Below are positions 45,606 to 55,357 of a DNA stretch of 64,000 bases, piece by piece. A program made the position numbers and the translations under genes. The notes under the pieces are model-generated. The model was not told where the DNA came from, did not search any database, and worked only from the letters and a program-made list of their open reading frames with translations. The DNA is from Thermoleophilia bacterium (GTDB taxonomy: Bacteria > Actinomycetota > Thermoleophilia > RBG-16-64-13), in assembly GCA_026415615.1 (NCBI GenBank), contig JAOAGT010000002.1, forward strand, positions 448,545-512,544, read 5' to 3'. Each line of letters starts with the position of its first letter. Position 1 is the stretch's first letter.

Positions 45606-46490
45606 CTAGCCCCGCTGGACAATGGCGCTCTTTATGTGGAGCATTAGGGCGCGGGCCGCTGCCGGGAGGGGCCGGTCGCGGGGATAGATAAGAGTAAGGT
45701 CTCGGTAGAGAGGACGTTCAAACGGGACCACTACCAGATCTTCAGCATTATCTGCGGTGGCAAGCATTTTTGGCATGGGAGCAACCCCAAAACCTTTGCT
45801 TACCAAAGCCTTGATCAGCTCTGGGTAATTGGCACGATAGGAGAAGCGAGGCTCCACGCCTGCTCGCCGCAGGGCGTCGGCTGCAATGTTCCCCGCATTC
45901 ATGGTGGTACGCGGGAGAAGTATCGATTCTCCAGCAAGCATCTTGAGCGGAACGCGGGGGAGGCGAGCCAACCGGTGGTTTCGCGGCACCACAAGCACTA
46001 TTTCTTCTGTAAGAAGATGCTGCGCAGCAGTGCGTGACGAACCCCAGGGAGTTATTACCGCGCAGTCGAGTTCCCCACGAATGACTGCCTCTTCGAGCTG
46101 AGCGTCATCCTTTTCCACGAGGTCTACACTGACATGGGGATAGGCTTCCAAGAACGAAACTAGAATAGGAGTAAGAAGCAGTGCCATGACGTTGCCGACG
46201 GCGCCAAAACGCACCGAACTGGATGTGGCTCCGGCCTGTTCGCGTATGAGAGCGATGGCCTCCTCGGTTCGGGCGACGATTGCTTGGGCCAAGGGCAATA
46301 AGAGCTGGCCGGCTGCGGTGCATTCCACGTGCCGTCCGTATCGCTCAAAGAGCTGAGCTCCCAGCTCACGCTCTAGTCGCGCTATCTGCCTGCTCAGGGT
46401 AGGCTGCGTGGAGTGCATAGCGCGAGCCGCCCGGCTGAAACTTCGGGCTTCGGCTACGGCAAGAAAGGATTTGAACAGCTCCAGGTCCAT
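45606..46490 (-). CDS. LysR family transcriptional regulator
   Basis: The N-terminal HTH (LELFKSFLAVAEARSFSRAARAMHSTQPTLSRQIARLERELG) plus the LysR substrate-binding domain. It is divergent from etfB. Confidence 0.9.
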   Translation of the reverse strand: MDLELFKSFLAVAEARSFSRAARAMHSTQPTLSRQIARLERELGAQLFERYGRHVECTAAGQLLLPLAQAIVARTEEAIALIREQAGATSSSVRFGAVGNVMALLLTPILVSFLEAYPHVSVDLVEKDDAQLEEAVIRGELDCAVITPWGSSRTAAQHLLTEEIVLVVPRNHRLARLPRVPLKMLAGESILLPRTTMNAGNIAADALRRAGVEPRFSYRANYPELIKALVSKGFGVAPMPKMLATADNAEDLVVVPFERPLYRDLTLIYPRDRPLPAAARALMLHIKSAIVQRG

Positions 46491-46640
46491 CTATGCAATA
46501 TGGTAATACTTCTTGCTAGCCATGAAAAGTTCCATACAAAACTCAACTTGCTGTTGGCATAGGGCTATCATGTATAAAGCCCGTTTCTGCGGGCGGGGGT
46601 CGTTTCCAGGTATGCCTTGAAAAAAAGGAATGGATGACTC

Positions 46641-47417
46641 ATGAACATTGTAGTTTGCGTGAAACAAGTTATCGACACCGAAGCCGAAAACAGGCTCAAC
46701 CCGGAGACGTGGCGCGTAGACCGCAGCGTCAATTGCATTCTCAACCCCTATGACGAGTATGCAGTGGAAGAAGCGCTAAGGCTTCAAGAGGCGCACGGCG
46801 GCCAGGTTACTGTGGTTTGCATGGGACCAGAGAAGGCTGCTGAGGCCGTGCGGAAGGCTCTGGCCATGGGAGCAGACAGCGCCGTGCTGGTGAGCGACGA
46901 AGCTTTGGCCGGTTCCGATGTGCAGGGTACCGCGTATGCGCTGGCGGAAGCTCTCAAGGGGCTAACCTTTGATCTCCTGATTTTCGGCAACCGTTCCACC
47001 GACGGCGAAACAGGGTGCGTACCTGCAGCTGTGGCCGAGCGACTGGGCATTCCGTTCTTGTCTTGCTTGTCCAAGGTCGAGGTCAACGGGAACACCCTAT
47101 CTGTCCATCGGGAAACAGACCAAGGCCATGTTGCGTATGAATGCCCGCTGCCGGCTGCCATTTCGGTGGTCAAGGGAATCAATGAGCCTCGGTATCCAAG
47201 CATCAAGGGCATCATGACCGCAAAGAAAAAGCCGCTCGACGTCAAGAATGTGGCGGCTCTTGGTCTGGACGCTGGCCAAGTAGGGGCTGCCGGGGCAAAG
47301 ACCAAGGTCCTGACAGCAACCGTTCCAGAGCCACGCAAGGCTGGGGTCAAGATTGAGGACGACGGTTCAGGCGGCAAGCGCATAGCTGAGTTCTTGGCTG
47401 GCGCCAAGCTCATCTAG
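46641..47417 (+). CDS. etfB: electron transfer flavoprotein beta subunit
   Basis: MNIVVCVKQVIDTE...NPYDEYAVEEALRL is the EtfB/FixA pattern. Confidence 0.9.
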   Translation: MNIVVCVKQVIDTEAENRLNPETWRVDRSVNCILNPYDEYAVEEALRLQEAHGGQVTVVCMGPEKAAEAVRKALAMGADSAVLVSDEALAGSDVQGTAYALAEALKGLTFDLLIFGNRSTDGETGCVPAAVAERLGIPFLSCLSKVEVNGNTLSVHRETDQGHVAYECPLPAAISVVKGINEPRYPSIKGIMTAKKKPLDVKNVAALGLDAGQVGAAGAKTKVLTATVPEPRKAGVKIEDDGSGGKRIAEFLAGAKLI

Positions 47418-47434
47418 GAAGGGGAGATAGAACC

Positions 47435-48424
47435 GTGAGCAACAAGACTGGGATCCTGGTTGTAGCTGAGCCCGGCCAAGGCCGGCTGGCTAACGTTACT
47501 CTCGAAAGCATTACTCAAGCTCGGGTGCTTGCGGCGTCCCTGGGCGGGCCCGTGAGTGTGGCCGTGATCTCCTCTGAAGCGGCTCCTCTGGTGGCTCAGG
47601 CTGGACGGTTTGGGGCAGACAAAGTCTACGTGGTAGAGAGCCCCGAACTTAGCGTATTCCGGTCCGGCACGTTTGCTGATGCTGCCACGGCGGCGATCAA
47701 AGCGGCAGACCCGGCGGTGGTGCTCTTTTCTAATTCGAACGATGGTCGGGATGTGGCAGCAGCGTGTGCTGCTCGTCTGGGCGTAGGACTCTTGGTGGAC
47801 GTCACCGATTTGCAGGTGAAAGACGGGACGCTTCGAGCTTATCATCCGTGCTTTGGTGGGCGGATGATTGCTGAAAAAGAGGCCACTTCCGTTCCCGTCA
47901 TGGTCACGGTCCGGCCAAGCGCGTTTGCGCGCGAAGAGGCTCCTAAGGAACCCGAGGTTGTCCCGCTTGCTGTTGATTTTGGGCCGACAAGCCTCGCTGC
48001 AAAGATAGTGGATGTGGTCACCGAGAGTCTCGGGGAAATTGCCCTCGAGGAGGCTTCGGTCATCGTAGCCGGTGGACGCGGAGTGGGAAGCGCAGAGGGA
48101 TTTGGCGTCTTGCGCGAATTGGCCAAAGAGCTGGGGGCTGCGGTGGCAGCGAGCCGAGCTGTGGTGGATCTCGGTTGGATGCCTCACCAGAGCCAGGTTG
48201 GCCAGACGGGCAAGACCGTTTCGCCGCAGCTTTATATTGCCTGCGGGATTTCCGGGTCCATCCAGCACCGAGCTGGTATGCAGACTTCCAAATGCATCGT
48301 GGCCATCAACAAAGACCCCGAGGCGCCCATCTTTTCCATTGCCGACTTTGGCGTGGTGGGAGATCTCTTTGCTGTCGTGCCGGCGCTGACCGAGGAAATT
48401 CGTCGTCGCAAAGCGGGAGCCTAA
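47435..48424 (+). CDS. etfA: electron transfer flavoprotein alpha subunit
   Basis: The C-terminal FAD-binding region (...[19 protein letters not shown]...) is the EtfA/FixB pattern. Confidence 0.9.
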   Translation: MSNKTGILVVAEPGQGRLANVTLESITQARVLAASLGGPVSVAVISSEAAPLVAQAGRFGADKVYVVESPELSVFRSGTFADAATAAIKAADPAVVLFSNSNDGRDVAAACAARLGVGLLVDVTDLQVKDGTLRAYHPCFGGRMIAEKEATSVPVMVTVRPSAFAREEAPKEPEVVPLAVDFGPTSLAAKIVDVVTESLGEIALEEASVIVAGGRGVGSAEGFGVLRELAKELGAAVAASRAVVDLGWMPHQSQVGQTGKTVSPQLYIACGISGSIQHRAGMQTSKCIVAINKDPEAPIFSIADFGVVGDLFAVVPALTEEIRRRKAGA

Positions 48425-48488
48425 AGCAATGTGCGCGAAAGCCCTCGCAGCGGTTAAGGTTTGGTCCTTAGAGTAGGAGGGTGCGCCG

Positions 48489-50180
48489 ATGACTCAAGAA
48501 CGAGAGGTAATGGAGGTCGATGTCCTCTATGTGGGCGGAGGCGTTGCCTCTCTAAGTAGCGCTCTTCACCTGTCAAATCTTATTAATGCTCACAACGCCA
48601 AGGGCGAGGGCAAGAAGCTTGATGAGGTTATGGTAGCGGTCCTCGAGAAGGGGGCCTACTTTGGAGCTCACGGCATTTCCGGAGCAGTGATGGCTCCTGG
48701 CCCGCTTAAAGAGCTGATACCCGACTACTTAGACAAAGGCGCCCCCATTGAGGGAGAGGTAACAAAAGAATCCATCTACCTTCTGACCGAGCGGGGCAAG
48801 ATTAAGTCTCCCATTACTCCTCCTCCACTTAATAACCACGGCAACGTCGTCATATCCATGGCGAAGATGAATCAATGGCTGGCTGGCCTAGTGGAGGAGA
48901 ACGGCGTTTACATGTTCCCCAGCTTTGCTGGAGTTGAGCTTCTCTACGACGGGGACAGGGTCATTGGAGTTCGCACTGGAGACAAGGGAGTTGGCCCCGA
49001 CGGGCAAAAGAAGCCCAACTATGAACCGGGAGCCGACGTCATCGCCCGGGTGGTCGTGTTAGGCGAGGGTTCGCGTGGAAGCTTGACCAAAGAGGTCATA
49101 AAGCGTTTCGGGCTTGATCGCGGCAAGAACCCGCCAGGATTTGAGGTTGGTGTAAAAGAGGTTTGGGAGATACCTGCTGGTCGTATCGAGCCTGGCGAAG
49201 TAATCCACACCATGGGGTATCCGCTCAAGAGCGATACTTTTGGCGGGGGCTTCATCTACGGTATGAAAGACAATCTGGTGTGCCTCGGCCATCTCACCAG
49301 TCTGGATTATTCAGATCCTTTCATTGATCCCCACCGCGAGTTCCAGCGTTTTAAGCTTCATCCTTTGGTGAGAGGACTACTGGAGGGCGGCAAGCTTGTC
49401 CAGTACGGGGCCAAGACTGCGCCAGTGGGTGGATATTACTCGATTCCCAAGCTCACCTTCCCTGGCGGTTTGCTAATTGGTGACGGCGCCAACCTCTTCA
49501 ACGCCCAGAAAATCAAAGGCGTGGATATAGCTATGCGGTCAGGAATGCTGGCTGCAGAGGTTATTTTCGCTGCACTGGTTAACGACGATTTTTCTGAGTC
49601 CCGCCTTGCGGCGTACGAGCAGGCCATGGCTGAGACCAAGGAAATGAAGGACCTGTACAAGGTGCGGAATTTCCATCAAGCCATGACGCGCGGGCTGTAT
49701 TTGGGCCTGCTTACCGCGGCTGCTCAGTATGTTCTGGGAGGGCGAGTACTTAAGAACAGGTTGCCTGCTACTCCGGATCATACCCACCTGAAAACTGTCG
49801 CGGAGAAGTACGGCACAACTACCCCGAGCCCCGAGGCGGTGCGCGACTTCAAGTATGACGGCAAGCTCACTTTTGACAAAGAGACAGACGTTTACTACTC
49901 GGGAACGGTTCACGAAGAAGCTCAGCCCTCTCATCTCAAGATAAAGAGCTTGGACATTTGCTACGGGGAGTGCGCTACACGTTATCAATATCCTTGCGTC
50001 AGGTTCTGTCCAGCCGGGGTCTATGAGATTGAGGTGGACGAGTCTACCGGGCAGAAGTCGCTCAAGATTAACTTCTCAAACTGCGTTCATTGCAAGACGT
50101 GTGATGTGAAGGATCCTTTCGAGAACATCCAATGGGTGCCCCCGGAAGGAGGAGGAGGTCCCAAGTACACAGTCGTGTAG
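48489..50180 (+). CDS. ETF:quinone oxidoreductase (ETF-QO / FixC-FixX fusion type)
   Basis: 563 aa. The N-terminal FAD motif VDVLYVGGGVASL and a C-terminal 4Fe-4S ferredoxin-like domain (CYGEC...CVRFCPAGVY...CVHCKTCD). Confidence 0.85.
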   Translation: MTQEREVMEVDVLYVGGGVASLSSALHLSNLINAHNAKGEGKKLDEVMVAVLEKGAYFGAHGISGAVMAPGPLKELIPDYLDKGAPIEGEVTKESIYLLTERGKIKSPITPPPLNNHGNVVISMAKMNQWLAGLVEENGVYMFPSFAGVELLYDGDRVIGVRTGDKGVGPDGQKKPNYEPGADVIARVVVLGEGSRGSLTKEVIKRFGLDRGKNPPGFEVGVKEVWEIPAGRIEPGEVIHTMGYPLKSDTFGGGFIYGMKDNLVCLGHLTSLDYSDPFIDPHREFQRFKLHPLVRGLLEGGKLVQYGAKTAPVGGYYSIPKLTFPGGLLIGDGANLFNAQKIKGVDIAMRSGMLAAEVIFAALVNDDFSESRLAAYEQAMAETKEMKDLYKVRNFHQAMTRGLYLGLLTAAAQYVLGGRVLKNRLPATPDHTHLKTVAEKYGTTTPSPEAVRDFKYDGKLTFDKETDVYYSGTVHEEAQPSHLKIKSLDICYGECATRYQYPCVRFCPAGVYEIEVDESTGQKSLKINFSNCVHCKTCDVKDPFENIQWVPPEGGGGPKYTVV

Positions 50181-50224
50181 TGCTGTTGGACGGTCAAATC
50201 AACAAGAAGTAAAGGAGTGGTCAG

Positions 50225-50680
50225 ATGGCACGGCCCGAAGAACAGAAAATTGTGGAGATTTTTAAGGCCGCTAAGACCGGCGAAGATATTCTCGCAGCGT
50301 GGGCTGCTCAGCGGCCAGGGTACAAGCCCAGCGGCGCCGGCGACCCGAGCCTGGATTTCTGGGTAAAGCGCAGACCGGACATGCTGCATACCTTTGCCCA
50401 TAACCAGCTCACCCAGCTGCTTGATCGCGGCATCCTCGATCCGAAGACCCGTTACCTCCTGCTCGTGGGTCTCTACATGATGCAGGGTCATTACGACGGG
50501 GTTCTGCCGCAGGCCTGCAACGCCAAGGCTGCTGGTGCTACCGAGGAAGAGCTCATGGAAGTGGCTTTCTGCGTTTGCTACTCCGTGGGCAAGGCCAAAC
50601 TCCAGGAGACTGGCGCCTGCCTGGACAAGGTTTTCTCCAATCCGATGTTCCAGCAGATCAAGCGGGTCGGCGAGGAGTAA
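50225..50680 (+). CDS. carboxymuconolactone-decarboxylase / AhpD-like family protein
   Basis: The 151-aa helical protein has the CMD-family pattern (KTRYLLLVGLYMMQGHYDGV...FCVCYSVG). Confidence 0.7.
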   Translation: MARPEEQKIVEIFKAAKTGEDILAAWAAQRPGYKPSGAGDPSLDFWVKRRPDMLHTFAHNQLTQLLDRGILDPKTRYLLLVGLYMMQGHYDGVLPQACNAKAAGATEEELMEVAFCVCYSVGKAKLQETGACLDKVFSNPMFQQIKRVGEE

Positions 50681-50716
50681 TCTCTCCCAAGAAAGCCGAT
50701 CTTGGTTTGGAAGTGC

Positions 50717-50754
50717 GCAAGAGGAGGCCCCGTCCATGCGGGGCCTCCTCTTGC
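50717..50754 (+). terminator. terminator hairpin after the etf-etfQO-ahpD-like operon
   Basis: GCAAGAGGAGGCCCCG-TCCAT-GCGGGGCCTCCTCTTGC, then TTAAC. Confidence 0.6.
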
Positions 50755-50836
50755 TTAACGGCTCGGCAGGGCGGCAGGAGTCTTGCTGTTAGCCGGTCCG
50801 TCTTGACCAGTGTAAGAGAAGGGTCTGCGTGCAGGC

Positions 50837-51580
50837 ATGGTTGTGCGGGAAAAGCAAGTAAAGAGCATTTTGTCTCCCTCCAAGGTCTACGACTATGCGC
50901 TTAACCCGTACGTAGGATGTGAGCACGCATGCGCATACTGCTATGCCCGCTTCATGCGCCGGTTTACTGGTCACCGGGAGCCGTGGGGCGAGTTTGTGGA
51001 CGTGAAAACCAATGCGCCAGATTTGCTTCGCCGGGAAATTATGCGAAAGCCTGTGGGTACAGTGTGGGTGAGCGGGGTTTGTGATCCCTATCAGCCGCTT
51101 GAGCGCCAATACAGGCTCACGCGCCAGTGCCTTGAAATCTTGGTGGAGAACCAGTGGCCCATCTGTGTTCAGACTCGGTCTCCTCTCGTGTTGCGAGATC
51201 TGGACGTTTTGCGTCTGGGATCACGGTTGGAGGTCGGTTTTACGATCACCACCGGTGACGACGAAATCAGGCGCCTGTTTGAGCCTCGTGCATCGAGCGT
51301 GCAAGAGCGGCTGGAAGGTCTTGCAGTGCTACACGAGGCGGGAATAAAGACCTTCGCCATGATTGCTCCTATCTTGCCCGGCGCCGAGAAACTGCCCAAG
51401 TTACTCGCTGGCAAGGTAGATCACATTCTTGTGGACCGGCTAAACTACGACTACGGCAATTGGGTCTACAAACAGCACGAACTTGAGTACGCTCGCACAG
51501 ACGCTTACTTCGAGTCCGTTGCCAGAGAACTCGCGGCTGATTGCGCACGACTAGGCATTCCGTGCCGAGTGGTGTTCTAG
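50837..51580 (+). CDS. radical SAM protein (COG1533 / SPL-like family)
   Basis: YALNPYVGCEHACAYCYA is the CxxxCxxC radical-SAM cluster motif. Confidence 0.7.
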   Translation: MVVREKQVKSILSPSKVYDYALNPYVGCEHACAYCYARFMRRFTGHREPWGEFVDVKTNAPDLLRREIMRKPVGTVWVSGVCDPYQPLERQYRLTRQCLEILVENQWPICVQTRSPLVLRDLDVLRLGSRLEVGFTITTGDDEIRRLFEPRASSVQERLEGLAVLHEAGIKTFAMIAPILPGAEKLPKLLAGKVDHILVDRLNYDYGNWVYKQHELEYARTDAYFESVARELAADCARLGIPCRVVF

Positions 51581-51625
51581 TCGAACTCTAGCGGCTGTTA
51601 TGATGCCGGAGATGTCGAACAAACT

Positions 51626-54199
51626 GTGATGGAGAGTGGGGGTATGATCGCGCGCACTACGGCCTGGTCAGCGGGCCCCGGCTGCCACGGAGGGTGCGGG
51701 GTTCTAGCTTATGTTGAGGACGGCAGACTGGTAAAGGTGGAAGGGGATCCGGATCATCCCATCAACCGGGGACGGCTCTGCGCCCGGTGTCTGGCGATGC
51801 CCCAGTACATCTATCACCCGGATCGCCTACGCAGTCCCAGGATTAGAGTTGGCGAGCGCGGCGAGGGAAAGTGGAAAGACATCTCTTGGGAGGAGGCCTT
51901 CGACTATATAGAGGAAAGAATGAAGGCCATCCGAGACAAGCATGGGGCCGAAAGCGTGCTGTTTGCTATGGGCACCGGTCGTGATGTCGGGGCCTGGATC
52001 TGTTTGCTTGCTTACAACTATGGGAGTCCCAACGTAGTTTTTGCCCTATCCGGAATCGGATGCTACACGCCTCGTATTGTGGCCTCCGAGACAGTGTTGG
52101 GTGACTACTGCGTGTTTGACGGTGGGCAGTGGCTTCCGCAGGGACACGATGATCCGGCGTACCGAGTGCCGGAGTGCATCGTTATCTGGGGTTACAACAT
52201 TAACGCCTCTTGCCCAGACAATATCTTTGGTCACTGGGTGACCGATCTCATGAAAAAGGGCTCCAAGCTCATCACGATCGATCCCCGTCTTACCTTTTTT
52301 GCTTCGCGAGCCGACAAGTGGCTTCAGCTTAGGCCTGGTACAGATGGTGCCCTGGCTATGGGCTTTCTCAATGTGATCATCGAAGAAGGACTCTACGACA
52401 AGGAGTTTGTAGAGAAGTGGACAAATGCTCCCCATCTGATCCGGACCGACACAGGTACGCTCTTGCGCGCTTCGCACCTGGTTGCTGATGGCTCGCCTGA
52501 CGACTTTGTGGTCTGGGATCTTGCCGGTGGACGTCCTGCTATATGGGATTCGGCCAACGTGGAGTTTCGCAGTCCTGGGGTGACTCCTGCGTTGGAAGGA
52601 AGCTTTACCGTGCGTCTGGCTGACGGTTCCTCGGTTACCACTGAGACGGTGTGGTCGCTGTTCTGCAGGGAAGTCGCCAAGTATCCTGTGGAGGAGGTTG
52701 CGAGAATCACCTGGCTCAAGCCGGACGATATCAGAGAAGCTGCCCGTCTATATGCCACGAGCAAACCCGCCACCATCCAGTGGGGCGTGGCAATTGATAT
52801 GACTCCGGCCATAACTCCCACCTCAATGGCTATTGCCGACCTTTGGTGCATTACCGGCAACCTTGACGTGCCGGGGGGAAATGTGATTGCGCGCCCGGCT
52901 TTTGGGGCAGTGCCGTACGCTCTACCTGGGCAAAGGGGGCCTATCCGGCTGCCCGATGAAAGCATCGACGAAAAGCGCATAGGTCGAGACCGTTACGGAG
53001 CTCTAAGAGAGTTCATTTGGCGGGCCCACACCGATCTTGCGTTGGAACAGATCTTTACCGGAGATCCGTACCCGATTAAGGGAATGTGGATTCAGTGCTG
53101 CAACTTGGTAGGAGGCATAGGGTACGACCCGGAGCGATGGGTGAGGGCTTTGAAGAAGCTCGACTTTGTCGCTGTGGTGGACACTTTCATGACGCCTACT
53201 GCGGAGCTTGCGGACATCGTGCTACCCGCGGCTACTTTCTTAGAAAAGAACGGAGTGCGCAGCTGGTGGACTCCGCTTGAGGCCATTGTCAAGGTTGTTG
53301 AAGTGGAAGGGTGCAAACCGGACAACGAAATCAACTTTGAGCTTGCCAGGCGCTTTAATCCAAACATGAAGTGGAAGTCCTGCGATGAGCTTCTGGACGA
53401 GATCGTAAGTCCAGCGGGCGTGACCTTCAAAGAGCTTGCCGAGAAGGGCTGGATTCTTCCTCCTGATGGTCATCCGAGCGCTCCCTACCGCCGACACGAG
53501 CGCGGTTTACTTCGGCCCGACGGAAAGCCTGGCTTTAAAACTCCATCGGGCAAGGTAGAGCTCTACTCAGTCTTGCGGGAAAAATGGGGGTTTGAGCCCT
53601 TGCCACACCACGAGGAGCCGCCTTTTAGTCCGGTGGCGAGCCCAGACCTCTTCCAGCGATATCCGCTTATTCTCACCACTGGGAGGCGCTCTCCCGTGTA
53701 CTTTAACTCCGAGCATCGCAATATCCCTTGGCTTCGTGAGGCCGACCCCGACCCAGTGGTTGAACTTCATCCTGAGACTGCCGCTGCCCTAGGCATCGGC
53801 GATGGCGAGTGGGTCTGGATAGAGAACATGTTTGGGCGGTGTCGACTGAAAGCCAAGCTCACGCGTGTAGTGCCGCGCTGGCTAGCCTCTGCTACGCATG
53901 GATGGTGGTACCCAGAGAGAGAAGGTGCCGAGCCGTCGCTGCGGGGAGTTTGGGACTCAAGCACAAATCAACTGCTTCCTATGGGCTATCAGGGCAAAGA
54001 CGGATTGGGGACCCATGCCAAGTGCACCATCTGCCGGGTCTATCGGGCCCACACCGCTCCTCCCAGCGCCTATGCCATGCCAGAGGGCGGTGTCATTGGT
54101 GGAGTACTAAAGCCGAGATCGGTGCCTCATGGTGCGGCTCCAGGCCACGCCTCGGCGCCGGCCGGATCGGCGGGGCGGGAAGACAGAGAGGAGAAGTAA
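51626..54199 (+). CDS. molybdopterin/tungstopterin (bis-PGD) oxidoreductase catalytic subunit, cytoplasmic with no Tat signal; PsrA/PhsA-like N-terminus
   Basis: The N-terminal Fe-S motif CHGGC...C..C with KVEGDPDHPINRGRLCARC resembles the polysulfide/thiosulfate-reductase-type N-terminus. 857 aa. The start is ATG at 51626, or ATG at 51644 after GGAGAGTGGGGG. Confidence 0.8.
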   Translation: MMESGGMIARTTAWSAGPGCHGGCGVLAYVEDGRLVKVEGDPDHPINRGRLCARCLAMPQYIYHPDRLRSPRIRVGERGEGKWKDISWEEAFDYIEERMKAIRDKHGAESVLFAMGTGRDVGAWICLLAYNYGSPNVVFALSGIGCYTPRIVASETVLGDYCVFDGGQWLPQGHDDPAYRVPECIVIWGYNINASCPDNIFGHWVTDLMKKGSKLITIDPRLTFFASRADKWLQLRPGTDGALAMGFLNVIIEEGLYDKEFVEKWTNAPHLIRTDTGTLLRASHLVADGSPDDFVVWDLAGGRPAIWDSANVEFRSPGVTPALEGSFTVRLADGSSVTTETVWSLFCREVAKYPVEEVARITWLKPDDIREAARLYATSKPATIQWGVAIDMTPAITPTSMAIADLWCITGNLDVPGGNVIARPAFGAVPYALPGQRGPIRLPDESIDEKRIGRDRYGALREFIWRAHTDLALEQIFTGDPYPIKGMWIQCCNLVGGIGYDPERWVRALKKLDFVAVVDTFMTPTAELADIVLPAATFLEKNGVRSWWTPLEAIVKVVEVEGCKPDNEINFELARRFNPNMKWKSCDELLDEIVSPAGVTFKELAEKGWILPPDGHPSAPYRRHERGLLRPDGKPGFKTPSGKVELYSVLREKWGFEPLPHHEEPPFSPVASPDLFQRYPLILTTGRRSPVYFNSEHRNIPWLREADPDPVVELHPETAAALGIGDGEWVWIENMFGRCRLKAKLTRVVPRWLASATHGWWYPEREGAEPSLRGVWDSSTNQLLPMGYQGKDGLGTHAKCTICRVYRAHTAPPSAYAMPEGGVIGGVLKPRSVPHGAAPGHASAPAGSAGREDREEK

Positions 54200-54200
54200 G

Positions 54201-54617
54201 GTGTCGGATCACAGAGTGAATTCAGACGCCAGCGTCAGCCAGGGTGCACCCACGAGTGGTGAAACAAAGCCGCGTCGTGACAAGCAACCCGAGTATGGCC
54301 TTCTCATTGACTATGAATTCTGCACCGGGTGTTTTGCTTGTCAGGTGGCCTGTCAGCAAGAGCACCGCTGGCCGTCGGGATTGGGAGGCATTCGGGTGCA
54401 GGAGATAGTCCAAAATTTGCCGAATGATCGGGCCTACCTTACATATCTCCCCTTTCCGACCGAGCTCTGTGTCCTGTGTGCTGCACGCACTCGTAAAGGG
54501 CTTCAACCCGCATGCGTCCAGCACTGCATGGCTCGCTGCATGAAATATGGGCGACTGGAGGATCTCGTCAAGGAGATGACGAAGCCGCGGATGGTGTTAT
54601 GGGCGCCTCGCGCGTGA
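54201..54617 (+). CDS. small 2x[4Fe-4S] ferredoxin-like electron-transfer subunit
   Basis: CTGCFACQVACQ and CVLCAA...CVQHCMARC. GTG start 5 nt after GAGGAGAAG. The stop of the upstream Mo enzyme overlaps the RBS. The track ORF 54129 starts inside the Mo gene. Confidence 0.65.
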   Translation: MSDHRVNSDASVSQGAPTSGETKPRRDKQPEYGLLIDYEFCTGCFACQVACQQEHRWPSGLGGIRVQEIVQNLPNDRAYLTYLPFPTELCVLCAARTRKGLQPACVQHCMARCMKYGRLEDLVKEMTKPRMVLWAPRA

Positions 54618-54662
54618 TTTGCGCCTAAGTAATTCGCGCTTAGCTCGGTAATTCGCGCTCAA

Positions 54663-55247
54663 TTAGTTGTGGCAGTTGTGGCGAGTTGGGGCATCCCGCC
54701 AGGCAACTCTCTCGGACGAGATTGGTCGGGCTGGCACTCCACCCACAAAGCTTCCCGGTGCCACGTCCGCGTTAACCAAGCTACAAGCGGAGATCACAGC
54801 ACGATCTCCGATCTTTACTCCTGGCAGAATGGTCACGTTGGCGCCTATCATCACCCGCTGACCAATCGTGACCGGTCCAACTCGCAGCTCGTCAACTAGG
54901 AACTCGTGAGCGAGGATTACCGTGTTGTAGCCAATAATAGAGTTATCGCCAACGGTTATAAGTTGGGGGAAGAATATGTCCAAGACGGATCCGAGGCCAA
55001 ACGATACTTGATTCCCGATACGTGCTCCTAGTGCCCGGTAGAGGAAGTTTTTCCAGGACAGGAAAGGCAAGTACCGGCAAAGGTATATCACGACAAAATT
55101 AAGAGCTACCCTACGCAGCGGTACCCACTTTCGCCAGACCCACAGGGAATTAGAGTCTGGCGGCGCCGGCATAACTGACAGTCTAGCAGTTCGTGATGTC
55201 TGTCCGTCCATCCAAGAGTGCTCGCTTATTGCCGTGCATCCTACCAA
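54663..55247 (-). CDS. hexapeptide-repeat (LbH) acetyltransferase, WcaF/maltose-O-acetyltransferase-like
   Basis: Hexapeptide repeats IGNQVSFGLGSV...IGANVTILPGVKIGDRAVISACSLV. Confidence 0.7.
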   Translation of the reverse strand: MVGCTAISEHSWMDGQTSRTARLSVMPAPPDSNSLWVWRKWVPLRRVALNFVVIYLCRYLPFLSWKNFLYRALGARIGNQVSFGLGSVLDIFFPQLITVGDNSIIGYNTVILAHEFLVDELRVGPVTIGQRVMIGANVTILPGVKIGDRAVISACSLVNADVAPGSFVGGVPARPISSERVAWRDAPTRHNCHN

Positions 55248-55357
55248 GTATTGTAAAGCGGGCGCGGCAGTGGTCTACTCTACTGCGTAGGAGTAGTTGT
55301 AAAGCAGCAGTAGTTCGTAAAGCAGCACCTAACGGGTTCTCAACTGGGTAAGCCGCA

